Shown here: positions 21,561 to 30,255 of the stretch, in pieces | Layout: each line of letters begins with the position of its first letter | Position numbering within the stretch: the stretch's first letter is position 1 | Assembly: GCA_052279835.1 (NCBI GenBank) | Contig: CP181291.1 | Span: 3,552,001 to 3,616,000, forward strand | Direction: 5' to 3' | From: Microcoleus sp. | Lineage (GTDB): Bacteria; Cyanobacteriota; Cyanobacteriia; Cyanobacteriales; Microcoleaceae | DNA length: 64,000 bases | The notes under the pieces: model-generated | The model's input: the letters and a program-made list of their open reading frames with translations, nothing else | Database searches by the model: none | What the model was told of the DNA's origin: nothing | Made by a program: the position numbers and the translations under genes

Positions 21561-22421
21561 TTAAGGCTGATGTTCGCTCAACCAATTGGTTAAATCTGAT
21601 GCTTCGGAAAAGTCCAAAAGCGCTTCTCCTAAATCCTCTAATTCTTCTACGGATAAAGTCTGAATTTGCTCGCGGGTTTCAGATGCGATCGAACCGATGC
21701 GTCGAGTCAACTGGCGAGTGAGGAACGACAGCGCCTCATCTTTCCTTCCTTCAAGGAGGCCTAGTTGTCTTCCTTCAAGGAGGCCATCTTCGCGAATTTC
21801 TTGGTAAATCACAGACCCGCGCATAGTTTCTTTCCTAAATAGTTGTCTGATCAAGTCTTTTTCAAATCTCAAACCTGCGAGCACTTGGGTACAAGCGAGT
21901 AAATCCGCTTGCTGATTCGGTTCTTCTATTGTAGCAATCTGAGTAGCTATTTGCTCTAACAAATTTCGCGGCGAGTTGGTTTGGGATAGTGTCGCGAGTG
22001 GGAGTAAGCCGGGGACGGACAGCAGTAAAGCGGGGTCTTGTTCCCACAGGCGAATAACTCGGTAGCCGTGTCGGGTGTTCGTGTCTGTGTACTCGGATAC
22101 AAAAACTTGTTCTGAGGCTGTTTGCTGTAAAAAAATTACTACTTGATTGATGGAACAGGAGTATTGCCGTTTGAGCCTGACGTAGTAGTCTAGCATCCTG
22201 AAGGCGATGGTTGGTTCGGAGTAAGGCCGGGTTTCAAATTCCAGATGTAGGATTTGGCGATCCGTTTGCAGGAAAACGAGAGAATCGGCTCGGATGGGTT
22301 CTTGAATTAGTTCGGTTTTGAGTACCTGAACGCTGGTAGGCTCGTCAATTGGTAGCAGCCAGCGGACGAAGGCGGCGGGGAATTTTTCTGCTAGGTATTT
22401 GCAGGTGTTGTCGTAGGCCAA
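21561..22421 (-). CDS. Rpn family recombination-promoting nuclease / DUF4351 protein
   Basis: YDNTCKYLAE, EPIRADS, HLEFET, RMLDY; C-terminal LEDLGEALLDF...DL.NWL. Confidence 0.88.
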   Translation of the reverse strand: MAYDNTCKYLAEKFPAAFVRWLLPIDEPTSVQVLKTELIQEPIRADSLVFLQTDRQILHLEFETRPYSEPTIAFRMLDYYVRLKRQYSCSINQVVIFLQQTASEQVFVSEYTDTNTRHGYRVIRLWEQDPALLLSVPGLLPLATLSQTNSPRNLLEQIATQIATIEEPNQQADLLACTQVLAGLRFEKDLIRQLFRKETMRGSVIYQEIREDGLLEGRQLGLLEGRKDEALSFLTRQLTRRIGSIASETREQIQTLSVEELEDLGEALLDFSEASDLTNWLSEHQP

Positions 22422-22526
22422 GGAAGTTGGATTGTGAGAGGGGTGTGTTAATTGTTGATTAGAGTATTGTAAGGTTAACTCGACTTTTTTGGGGAGCGCG
22501 ATCGCATGGGGAGAAAGGCGATCGCC

Positions 22527-23342
22527 CTATGCGTGACTCAAAATCTCTAAAAATTCCTGCACAACGCGATCGGCTTCTTGACTGCACCTGTGGGCTTCAC
22601 AATAGTAGATAGTGCAGATGCCAGCAGAGGCAAAGTCGCGATCGCGTTCTTCGTTTTTTTGTGTATCGGGATGCCATATCTCAAGAATACCCAATTTGCC
22701 TTGGTGAAATATGAGGAAATCGGGTTCTTGGTTTTGCCTGCCTTCGGGTGTTGTGAGGCGTGCTTTGGAGTTGGGGAAGAAGAAGATGTTGGCGCGATCG
22801 AGCGCTTCGGCTATTTTGACTTCTTCTTCACAGTGAAAGCGCAAATCGTTCCAGTGATAAATCCGTTCTTCTGGGTTTGATAAAATTCCTTGGTTATGCG
22901 CGTCTTCAGCCTTGATAATTTTTTCATCCGACTTTGCATTATCCTCAGTTACAATTGATTTGTTTAAATCAGTCTGATAAAAATCGGCTTCACTTAAGTT
23001 TGTGAGCAATAATCTTGCTCCGCTTAAGTTAGCACCGCTGAGATTAACCCCAATCACTTGAGTTCGATGCAATGTCACGTGATGTCGCCGCAAGTATCGT
23101 TTTACAACTGCTTTAATATTGCTTTTTTTTACTTTTTCTTCAAATGCTTCTGAGAGTTGTTTCCAGAGTTTATAGCCAGCGGCTTTAATATATTCATCGT
23201 CATATTTAGAAAGTTTAGCAATTTCCTCGTAAGACTGCCTGCCTTCCCAGCACTGTTTGAAAATTAGCTCTTGCACGTCGTTTAACTGTTCGTCGTCATC
23301 TAGGACTGTTTCGACAATGGCGAGAGCTTCATCCACAGTCAT
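22527..23342 (-). CDS. HTH + pentapeptide repeat + DUF559/Vsr-like C-terminal domain protein (paralog 2)
   Basis: Colinear and highly similar to 20466-21272. Confidence 0.75.
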   Translation of the reverse strand: MTVDEALAIVETVLDDDEQLNDVQELIFKQCWEGRQSYEEIAKLSKYDDEYIKAAGYKLWKQLSEAFEEKVKKSNIKAVVKRYLRRHHVTLHRTQVIGVNLSGANLSGARLLLTNLSEADFYQTDLNKSIVTEDNAKSDEKIIKAEDAHNQGILSNPEERIYHWNDLRFHCEEEVKIAEALDRANIFFFPNSKARLTTPEGRQNQEPDFLIFHQGKLGILEIWHPDTQKNEERDRDFASAGICTIYYCEAHRCSQEADRVVQEFLEILSHA

Positions 23343-23452
23343 GGGTTAAATCCTCTTAAAGATAGTGTGAGAGTTGAGGTTGTGCTGGCTGCGTGGGCTT
23401 TTGCCCGTGCGGCTATCTCACTCTGGGTAGATTTTAGCACAAATTTTAAGAG

Positions 23453-23493
23453 GTTGCTACTTTTTATCACTATTTGTTACTATTTATCACTGG
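23453..23493. promoter_or_regulatory. Four 10-bp phased direct repeats (approx. TTTRTCACT)
   Basis: gctACTttttatcACTatttgttACTatttatcACTgg; conserved at 24016-24056. Confidence 0.55.
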
Positions 23494-23557
23494 TTCAGCT
23501 CAAGATGAAGCTTTACTATAAATAAATTATGTTTGCACATTTCAAAACGCACAGGAG

Positions 23558-23845
23558 TTGAAAGAAGTGAGTTTACCATACAACATTGCCGAGACAATTC
23601 AGAATGTTATGATTGCTTTGGCTTTGGCTAAAGGAATTTTATCGCCCTCACAGGTTTCTGAGATTCCCAATTCGACAATAATAGCTCAATTTGAAGAGCA
23701 AATCGGAATAGCAGACAAGGCAGAAAGAGAGAGGGTAGAAAGGGAAATAAAAAAAGTAAAGTCAAATCAATCAACCATGCTACAGATAGCAAAAAAAACA
23801 GGCTATGGTAGCGGGGGTTATGGTAGGGGGAATTATGGGGGATAA
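23558..23845 (+). CDS. Small hypothetical protein with Gly/Tyr-rich tail
   Basis: AGGAG before the TTG start; ends TGYGSGGYGRGNYGG. Confidence 0.55.
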   Translation: MKEVSLPYNIAETIQNVMIALALAKGILSPSQVSEIPNSTIIAQFEEQIGIADKAERERVEREIKKVKSNQSTMLQIAKKTGYGSGGYGRGNYGG

Positions 23846-23857
23846 AGAAAGCAATCT

Positions 23858-23902
23858 TACTAAGACTGTTTCGACAATAGCCAGAGCAGCCTCGGCAGTC
23901 AT
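23858..23902 (-). pseudogene. 5' stub of a third HTH-pentapeptide paralog
   Basis: MTAEAALAIVETVL matches MTVDEALAIVETVL of 22527-23342; the upstream ~155 bp is also duplicated. Confidence 0.75.
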
Positions 23903-24135
23903 TGGTTAAATCCTCTTAAAAGTAGGATCAGACTTGAGGTTGTGCTGGCGGGCGCACAGCATTTTGCTCGTGCATTTACCTCAACTCTGGGTAGATTTTA
24001 GCAGAATTTTTAATAGTTGCTACTTATTATCACTTTTTGTCACTTTTTATCGCTGGTAAAGCTGAGGCAGACGTGTTACCTTCCTTCAAGGAGATAGGAA
24101 TGTGAAAGATCAATCACAGGAGGAAATTTAGAAAA

Positions 24136-24555
24136 ATGGCATGGAGTGAATGGATCGAGTGCAACTTCGACAGCAAAGGTGAACTCAACACTCAAGCAGT
24201 CGGCAGATCGCCAAACTCATCAGGGGTTTATGCGATCTCCACTAAAACAGGAAATAATTATCACACCCATTATGTAGGAAGGTCGGGAAGGAGTATTCGG
24301 GGAAGATTGCAATCCCATTTGACCGGAAAAGGGAACAAGGTTATTGCTGGATTATTGAAAAATAAAAAACAGCTTCCTAGCGATCCTACCCAAGCCTTGT
24401 ACTTTGCTTATTTGGAAACAAAGGAGAATAAGTTAATTGAAGCTGCTTATATAGATGCAAAGGCAGAAGATAGACCTCTGGCAAACTTAATTCGTGCTAA
24501 ATTGCCCAAAGGCTTGAGAGAAGAGGATGTTTTTGGATCTCAACTGGAAGATTAA
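24136..24555 (+). CDS. Stand-alone GIY-YIG nuclease domain protein
   Basis: SGVYAI...HYVGRS...IRGRLQSH...E...N. Confidence 0.75.
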   Translation: MAWSEWIECNFDSKGELNTQAVGRSPNSSGVYAISTKTGNNYHTHYVGRSGRSIRGRLQSHLTGKGNKVIAGLLKNKKQLPSDPTQALYFAYLETKENKLIEAAYIDAKAEDRPLANLIRAKLPKGLREEDVFGSQLED

Positions 24556-24592
24556 ACTATACTGATTTTGTGCAGGGGGAGGTAAGCGTTAT

Positions 24593-25288
24593 ATGTTGGT
24601 CTTCATTATCATCCTAGTAGTAATTTTGGTTGTGGTTTGGGTGAATTCTAATACCTCTAACAGAGTTCAAGGGAATAGTAGCAAGCAGAAATTCCCTACC
24701 GTTGATGAAAGTCAACTCAATGACGATCTCAGTTCAGCAGTAGGAATAGATTATCGAAAACTCCGTAATTTCCTAGCAGTAGGAGATTTTGAATCAGCGA
24801 ATAAGGAAATAATTACTATTTTCACAAAGCTTATTTATCCTATGAAGGAAGTGGGTAACATTCGTAATCAATTTTTTTATCTTGATATCGGTGTCGATGA
24901 AGAAATCTATGAAGATCGTGTAGAAAGAATTCCCTGCACTGATATCTGTACAATGGAGAGGCTTTGGGTAAAATACAGTAGTGGACACTTTGGATTTAGA
25001 ATCCAATCCGAAATTAATCAGCAGCTATATAGACAATTTTATGAAGAGATTGTCGAATTTAATCGTAAAGAAAAAATTAATATGGCACAAGAAGAAGTTC
25101 ATCTCAGAACAGTTTTAAAAACACAGGATGCGTTCAAAAAACAGCTTAAATGGGATCAAGACTCTTTAATTTTTAACCATTCAGCACCAAGTGGTCACTT
25201 GCCAAAAATACTGTCGCTACATATTATGACACGTTACAAGCACCAGGTTATGTTATTAAATAGAGTGACAGACTGTATCGACTCATAA
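24593..25288 (+). CDS. GUN4 domain protein with N-terminal TM
   Basis: SAVGIDYRKLRNFLA, IPCTDI...LWVKYSSGHFGFRIQ, APSGHLP. Confidence 0.85.
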   Translation: MLVFIIILVVILVVVWVNSNTSNRVQGNSSKQKFPTVDESQLNDDLSSAVGIDYRKLRNFLAVGDFESANKEIITIFTKLIYPMKEVGNIRNQFFYLDIGVDEEIYEDRVERIPCTDICTMERLWVKYSSGHFGFRIQSEINQQLYRQFYEEIVEFNRKEKINMAQEEVHLRTVLKTQDAFKKQLKWDQDSLIFNHSAPSGHLPKILSLHIMTRYKHQVMLLNRVTDCIDS

Positions 25289-25323
25289 ATCCTTGCTCTC
25301 CCACTCAAATCGCTTCCACTCCA

Positions 25324-25692
25324 TCATACTTTCAAGGATTCTCGCTCATGCTCTTTTGAAGGCACTCCATAAGCAGTATAAGGTCTAACATCAGGCGGTT
25401 GAAGCCCCAAAACAATTGATTTAGCCGGAACCCCCGCTGCAACTAACTCCTCAGCAATCAGGCGATCGGTATTATTTGCTTGAATCCACACCTGAGAGTC
25501 AATAATATCAATATGAATCACGCAATGGTGAATGCGTTGCTCGTTAAACCAACCTATATTGATTAACATATAGCGGTCATTTTCCACATCAAAAATTGTG
25601 GCGTTTTGCGTCCCGCTGTCAAAAACGGGAATCTCAGCGTATTCAGTCAGGAGCTGCTTAACAAGTTTGCGATAATTATTTAAGCTATCCAT
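25324..25692 (-). CDS. xisI: XisI family protein
   Basis: IHIDIIDSQVWIQANNTD, ELVAAGVP..IVLG; overlaps xisH. Confidence 0.9.
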   Translation of the reverse strand: MDSLNNYRKLVKQLLTEYAEIPVFDSGTQNATIFDVENDRYMLINIGWFNEQRIHHCVIHIDIIDSQVWIQANNTDRLIAEELVAAGVPAKSIVLGLQPPDVRPYTAYGVPSKEHERESLKV

Positions 25693-26099
25693 TGTACTAT
25701 TTCCTCGGTTTTTGGGTTGAAAACAACAAGATTTAGGCGGTTATTATCTAGCAAAATCTGACCAAATTTTTGTCCTTCAAAAAGATCCGTAAAAGCATTT
25801 AGTGGAATTGCAAGATACAGTTGTCTTTCTGATTCCGTCCGTTGTAAAATATCATGATAAAGAGTGTATTGACCCAACGCTTGCTCTAAATCTGCAACTC
25901 TCGACTCTCTGAGAAAACTTTTAACTTCAACGGCTATTTTGCGATCGTTGTTCTCAGCAGCTAATAGCTGTTCTGCACCAAGATCGATCGATAGGTTTCT
26001 CTTCGCCCAAGCTAATGGATACGGATCGTGGGTAATTGTCCAGCCAGCCTTAATCAGACCCTGTTTGACAACTTGATGATAAATGTCTCTTGCTGGCAC
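25680..26099 (-). CDS. xisH: XisH family protein
   Basis: MPARDIYH, GWTITHDP, IDLGAE, IAVEVKSF, ALGQY. Confidence 0.92.
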   Translation of the reverse strand: MPARDIYHQVVKQGLIKAGWTITHDPYPLAWAKRNLSIDLGAEQLLAAENNDRKIAVEVKSFLRESRVADLEQALGQYTLYHDILQRTESERQLYLAIPLNAFTDLFEGQKFGQILLDNNRLNLVVFNPKTEEIVQWIA

Positions 26100-26154
26100 G
26101 ATCGCTCTCTTTTGCTATCGAGGTTGAGACTATTATAATGTATTTCATCCATCC

Positions 26155-26241
26155 CCGATCGCCAAAATCATCCCCAATGCGATCGCTCACGCTTGGGAAG
26201 TCGGGAGTCTGCAAGCATTAGAAGAAGTTGAAAGTGCGATC
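26155..26241 (+). pseudogene. 3' remnant of the Uma2 gene paralogous to 27974-28639
   Basis: Near-identical to 28522-28609. Confidence 0.8.
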
Positions 26242-26284
26242 ATTTTTTTTCCTCCACCACACAAACAGAATTTTACAATAGCAT

Positions 26285-26507
26285 TCAACAAGCAATTTGA
26301 AGCGTCCTGGGTTCAGGGATAGATTCACCTTCTGCTTCCCAAGCTTCCAAATACATTTCGATCACTTCTTCGCGCTTATGAATTGCTTCTGAGCGAGTTT
26401 GACCGTGAGTACAAGGCATAATCACGCGATCGCCAAACTCTGGAATCGTGACTAGGAAAAGCCGATCTTCATGACTACCATTGAACAATCATACTATATC
26501 GACTCAT
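26285..26507 (-). pseudogene. HicB-like antitoxin, frameshifted
   Basis: MSRYSMIVQW, then TAG / +1 shift, then SHEDRLFLVTIPEF...PCTHGQT...IPEP. Confidence 0.8.
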
Positions 26508-26523
26508 AAATCCTCGCCCCTTT

Positions 26524-26958
26524 TTAACACCATAGAAAAAAAGATTTGTCAACAGTTACATATTTCCCCAAAACTGTCAATGGCATCACATCCCCACTTC
26601 CAAGTACATCAACAGACACCCCATCTCTAATCAGAATTTTAAACACTTCATCCCCATTTTGAACTAAGCTTGCATCTAACTCAATAACTTGACCCTCTTC
26701 CTTCAAGACACTTAATAAATCTGAACTAGATAAACGCAATACTTCCTCATTATTACCTTTCTTAGTCAATTGATCGCCACATCTTCCAGTAGCATCAATA
26801 TCAGCAATGATCCATTGATTAGGCAACTCACAATTTTGGGCTAAATATTCAATAATTTGGGCAACTCTGGGTTCCAGTTTTTCCTGTTCCTCATAGCAGA
26901 GTGTAATTGCCCACTTTTGGCTAACATTTTGTTTGAGAGCAGAAGTTTGAGATTTCAT
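26524..26958 (-). CDS. Hypothetical protein, candidate immunity protein
   Basis: AT-rich 144-aa ORF whose ATG overlaps the TGA of an upstream toxin-like tail (ATGA). Confidence 0.65.
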   Translation of the reverse strand: MKSQTSALKQNVSQKWAITLCYEEQEKLEPRVAQIIEYLAQNCELPNQWIIADIDATGRCGDQLTKKGNNEEVLRLSSSDLLSVLKEEGQVIELDASLVQNGDEVFKILIRDGVSVDVLGSGDVMPLTVLGKYVTVDKSFFLWC

Positions 26959-27120
26959 AATAGTTCCGGTATTTTATTTCTAGTAGGAGTACCACCTGTA
27001 AGATTTGGTATCCATTGATGTTGATGAGGTGGTGGCAGATGATCGCCAAACTCTGGAATAGTAACTAAGAAAAGTCCATCTTCATGACTACCATTGAACA
27101 ATCATACTGTATCGACTCAT
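26955..27120 (-). pseudogene. Chimeric stub: hicB 5' end fused at GATC to a toxin-like C-terminal tail
   Basis: ...HEDGLFLVTIPEFGD|HLPPPHQHQWIPNLTGGTPTRNKIPELL*. Confidence 0.6.
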
Positions 27121-27157
27121 AAACCATCGCCCTCCAAGTCAAATCCCTTCCACTCCA

Positions 27158-27523
27158 TCATACTTTTAAGGATTCTCGCTGCTCACTACAAGGAATTCCA
27201 TAAGCAGTATAAGGTCTAACATCAGGCGGTTGAAGCCCCAAAACAATTGATTTAGCCGGAACTCCCGCTGCAACTAACTCCTCTGCAATCAGGCGATCGG
27301 TATTATTTGCTTGAATCCACACCTGAGAGTCAATAATATCAATATGAATCACGCAATGGTGAATGCGTTGCTCGTTAAACTAACCTATATTGATTAACAT
27401 ATAGCGGTCATTTTCCACATCAAAAATTGTGGCGTTTTGCGTCCCACTTTCACAAACGGGAATCTCAGCGTATTCAGTCAGGAGCTGTTTAACAAGTTTG
27501 CGATAATTATTTAAGCTATCCAT
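27158..27523 (-). pseudogene. xisI: xisI second copy with nonsense mutation
   Basis: Near-identical to 25324-25692, but TGG became TAG at 27382-27380. Confidence 0.85.
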
Positions 27524-27839
27524 TTTACTATTTCCTCTGTTTTTGGGTTAAAAACAACAAGATTTAGGCGGTTATTATCTAGCAATATAGAAGTTGACAG
27601 TTGACAGTTGACAGTTGACAGTTGACAGTTAGACTGTTTATGGTGGCTGAAGAGCGGATATATTCATGAACTTATTTATGTCAATACCGATGTGGCGGTT
27701 GCTATAGCTGTTCGGCACCAAGATCGATCGATAGGTTTCTCTTCGCCCAAGCCAATGGATAGGGATCGTGGGTAATTGTCCAGCCAGCCTTAATCAGACC
27801 CTGTTTGACAACTTGATGATAAATGTCTCTTGCTGGCAC
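27511..27839 (-). pseudogene. xisH: xisH second copy, centre replaced by a repeat element
   Basis: Ends match 25680-25754 and 25964-26099; 27586-27703 is unrelated and contains (gttgaca)n. Confidence 0.85.
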
Positions 27840-27973
27840 GATCGCTCTCTTTTGCTATTGAGGTTGAGACTATTATAATGTATTTCATCCATCCCGATCG
27901 CCCTCACCTCAGCAAACCTCGCACTTCTGGGGTTAAAATTAGTAAACTGGACAAACATCTAACAGGAGTGCCC

Positions 27974-28639
27974 ATGACAACTCTCGTCCCCATTGTCAAA
28001 CCCATCAGCCAGATGAAACTAGCTCCCGGTAGTACAGTCACTATCCCAAATGTCAACTGGCAAGAATTTGAGACAATTTTGCAGGAATTGGGGGAACATC
28101 GAAAATCGAGAGTTGCCTACAGCAATGGTATTTTAGAAATTATGCTTCCCTTGCCAGAACATGAAATTCCCAGAGACCTCATTTCTGATATTGTCAAAAC
28201 ATTGCTGAAGCTGAAAGGTATCCGATATCAACCTTTTGGTTCCACCACATTCAAACGGGAAGGTACAGCAGGAGTAGAACCGGATGCTTGCTTTTATATT
28301 CAAAATTATCAACAAATGATCGGTCGCCGCCGACTTCAACCGGAAGATCCACCTCCCGATTTAGCAATTGAGACTGATGTCACTTCTAAAACAACTCTCG
28401 ATGCCTACGAAGCAATTGGAGTTCCTGAACTTTGGGTTTATGATAGTGGCAGGTTGAAAATCTATCTGCTCAGAAACGGAAAGTATTTAGAATCCCAAAC
28501 CAGTCCTAATTTTCCCGAAATCCCGATCGCCCAAATCATCCCCAATGCGATCGCTCACGCTTGGGAAGTGGGAAGTCTGCAAGCATTAGAAGAAGTAGAA
28601 AGTGCGATCGTTAAGTCTCCGGTGCATGATAACAAGTAA
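27974..28639 (+). CDS. Uma2 family putative endonuclease
   Basis: AGGAG RBS; GSTTFKR...EPDACFY, PPPDLAIETD, GVPELWVY. Confidence 0.92.
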   Translation: MTTLVPIVKPISQMKLAPGSTVTIPNVNWQEFETILQELGEHRKSRVAYSNGILEIMLPLPEHEIPRDLISDIVKTLLKLKGIRYQPFGSTTFKREGTAGVEPDACFYIQNYQQMIGRRRLQPEDPPPDLAIETDVTSKTTLDAYEAIGVPELWVYDSGRLKIYLLRNGKYLESQTSPNFPEIPIAQIIPNAIAHAWEVGSLQALEEVESAIVKSPVHDNK

Positions 28640-28647
28640 AATAGCAT

Positions 28648-28870
28648 TCAACAAGCAATTTGAAGCGTCCTGGGTTCAGGGATAGATTCACCTTCTGCTT
28701 CCCAAGCTTCCAAATACATTTCTATCACTTCTTCGCCGTTATGAATTGCTTCTGAGCGAGTTTGACCGTGAGTGCAAGGCATCACCACGCGATCGCCAAA
28801 CTCTGGAATCGTGATTAGGAAAAGCCGATCTTCATGACTACCATTCAACAATCATACTGTATCGACTCAT
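28648..28870 (-). pseudogene. HicB-like antitoxin, frameshifted (further copy)
   Basis: Same TGG-TAG-T lesion as the copies at 26285 and 27041. Confidence 0.8.
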
Positions 28871-29002
28871 AAATCCTCGCCCTTCCTGAGAAATAATTAT
28901 TATGTTAAAATTAGGGCTTACGCACTATATCCAGAGCTAAGGGCAACCGGGCGTGGGATTCCATAGTCCTGAAAATGATATTATAACATTGGAGGTTTTC
29001 CC

Positions 29003-29608
29003 ATGATTCAAACTATATCTAAGTTAATAACTTTCGATGAGTTTCTGGAATGGAAACCAGAAAACGAACGCTATGAACTACATAACGGAGTCCTTTTTGA
29101 AATGCAAACCACAGGACAACATGAAGAAGTTGTTGATTTCTTGCAAACAGAACTAATATTAGAAACTCGGAGACTGCAACTTCCCTATCGCTTCCCCAAG
29201 AATGCCCTGGTTAAATCTCCCAATCAAGAAACTGGTTATTTACCTGATATTTTAGTAGTTAACCGTGATGCTTTAGCCCTAGAACCTTTATGGGCAAAAT
29301 CCTCCACAATTACTCAAGGCTCGTCCATTACTCTGGCGATTGAAGTTGTCAGCACAAATTGGCGCGATGATTATGCACATAAAATGATAGATTATGAAGC
29401 ATTAGGCATTCCTGAATACTGGATTGTTGATTATTTTGGTTTGGGAGGTAGGCGTTATATTGGTTCTCCTAAACAGCCTACTTTATCTGTTTGTCAATTA
29501 GTAGATGGTGAGTATCAGGTTAGGTTGTTTCGGGGAGATGCAAGGGTTGAATCGGTGGTATTTCCTGAGTTGGATTTGACAGCGGAGCAAATTTTTAATG
29601 GTGCGTAA
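29003..29608 (+). CDS. Uma2 family putative endonuclease
   Basis: RYELHNG, YLPDILV, IEVVSTNWRDDY, GIPEYWIVDY. Confidence 0.92.
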   Translation: MIQTISKLITFDEFLEWKPENERYELHNGVLFEMQTTGQHEEVVDFLQTELILETRRLQLPYRFPKNALVKSPNQETGYLPDILVVNRDALALEPLWAKSSTITQGSSITLAIEVVSTNWRDDYAHKMIDYEALGIPEYWIVDYFGLGGRRYIGSPKQPTLSVCQLVDGEYQVRLFRGDARVESVVFPELDLTAEQIFNGA

Positions 29609-29643
29609 GTCTTGAGAGTCTATAAGCAGTATAAGGAAATTAT

Positions 29644-30035
29644 ATGAACAACGTTGAAGAATAACTGACATTAAAAGTCCGATCGCGCCCAACAACAACA
29701 GTATCGATCGAAATCCCAACAGATACCTTAGAATCCCTAAACAAAGTAGCACTGAATCGAGATATGCCTCTGTCAGTTGTGCTCAAATTTTACATTGGGC
29801 AAGGTTTGCGGCAAGATTTAACAAAATTTAGGACTTACGCAAAAAACCCGGTTTCTGAGCAAAATCGTGCATCTTTGTGACAGATATTGATATAGAAACC
29901 GGGTTTTTGACCCCTCGCGCGTCCAAAACTGAAAATTATTTAGCGATCGCCTCCTGGAAGCAACAGCCCAAGTTTTAGCACGACATTTACATTCAGAAGA
30001 AGAAGTCTCAACCATTCTTCGAGAAACTCAATCAG
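29644..30035 (+). pseudogene. Small RHH/CopG-like putative antitoxin pseudogene
   Basis: MNNVEE*LTLKVRSRPTTTVSIEIPTDTLESL...LKFYIGQGLRQDLTK [insertion] LFSDRLLEATAQVLARHLHSEEEVSTILRE. Confidence 0.7.
29829..29931. mobile_element. Small repeat inserted with AAAATT target-site duplication
   Basis: AAAATT at 29823-28 and 29932-37; excising the insert plus one copy restores the reading frame. Confidence 0.75.
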
Positions 30036-30141
30036 GAGTTACGCACTCCGACAAAGAAACCGGGTTTTTTGCCTAATCTGTCGGTTACAACGAAGTATTT
30101 CCGTAAAAAAACCCGGTTTCTGCGGCCCCCATGCGTAACCC
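30034..30141. repeat. AGGAGTTACGC...GCGTAACCCC small repeat
   Basis: Same family as 5560. Confidence 0.75.
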
Positions 30142-30255
30142 CACCCAAATCAAAATCTGGCAGTACACTAAAAATCTTTAAAATTTGTTAAGATTAACAC
30201 GACCTCAGCGCCGGCATCCCATCCGCCGCTAAACCCCTTCCCCAGCCCCACAACA

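Noticed and set aside
20466..23342. Diversity-generating retroelement (TR/VR pair)
   Set aside because: No reverse transcriptase; differences between paralogs span the whole gene and are not adenine-specific.
25324..27839. Heterocyst fdxN excision element
   Set aside because: No xisF recombinase or nif/fdxN genes; xisHI pairs are commonly stand-alone.
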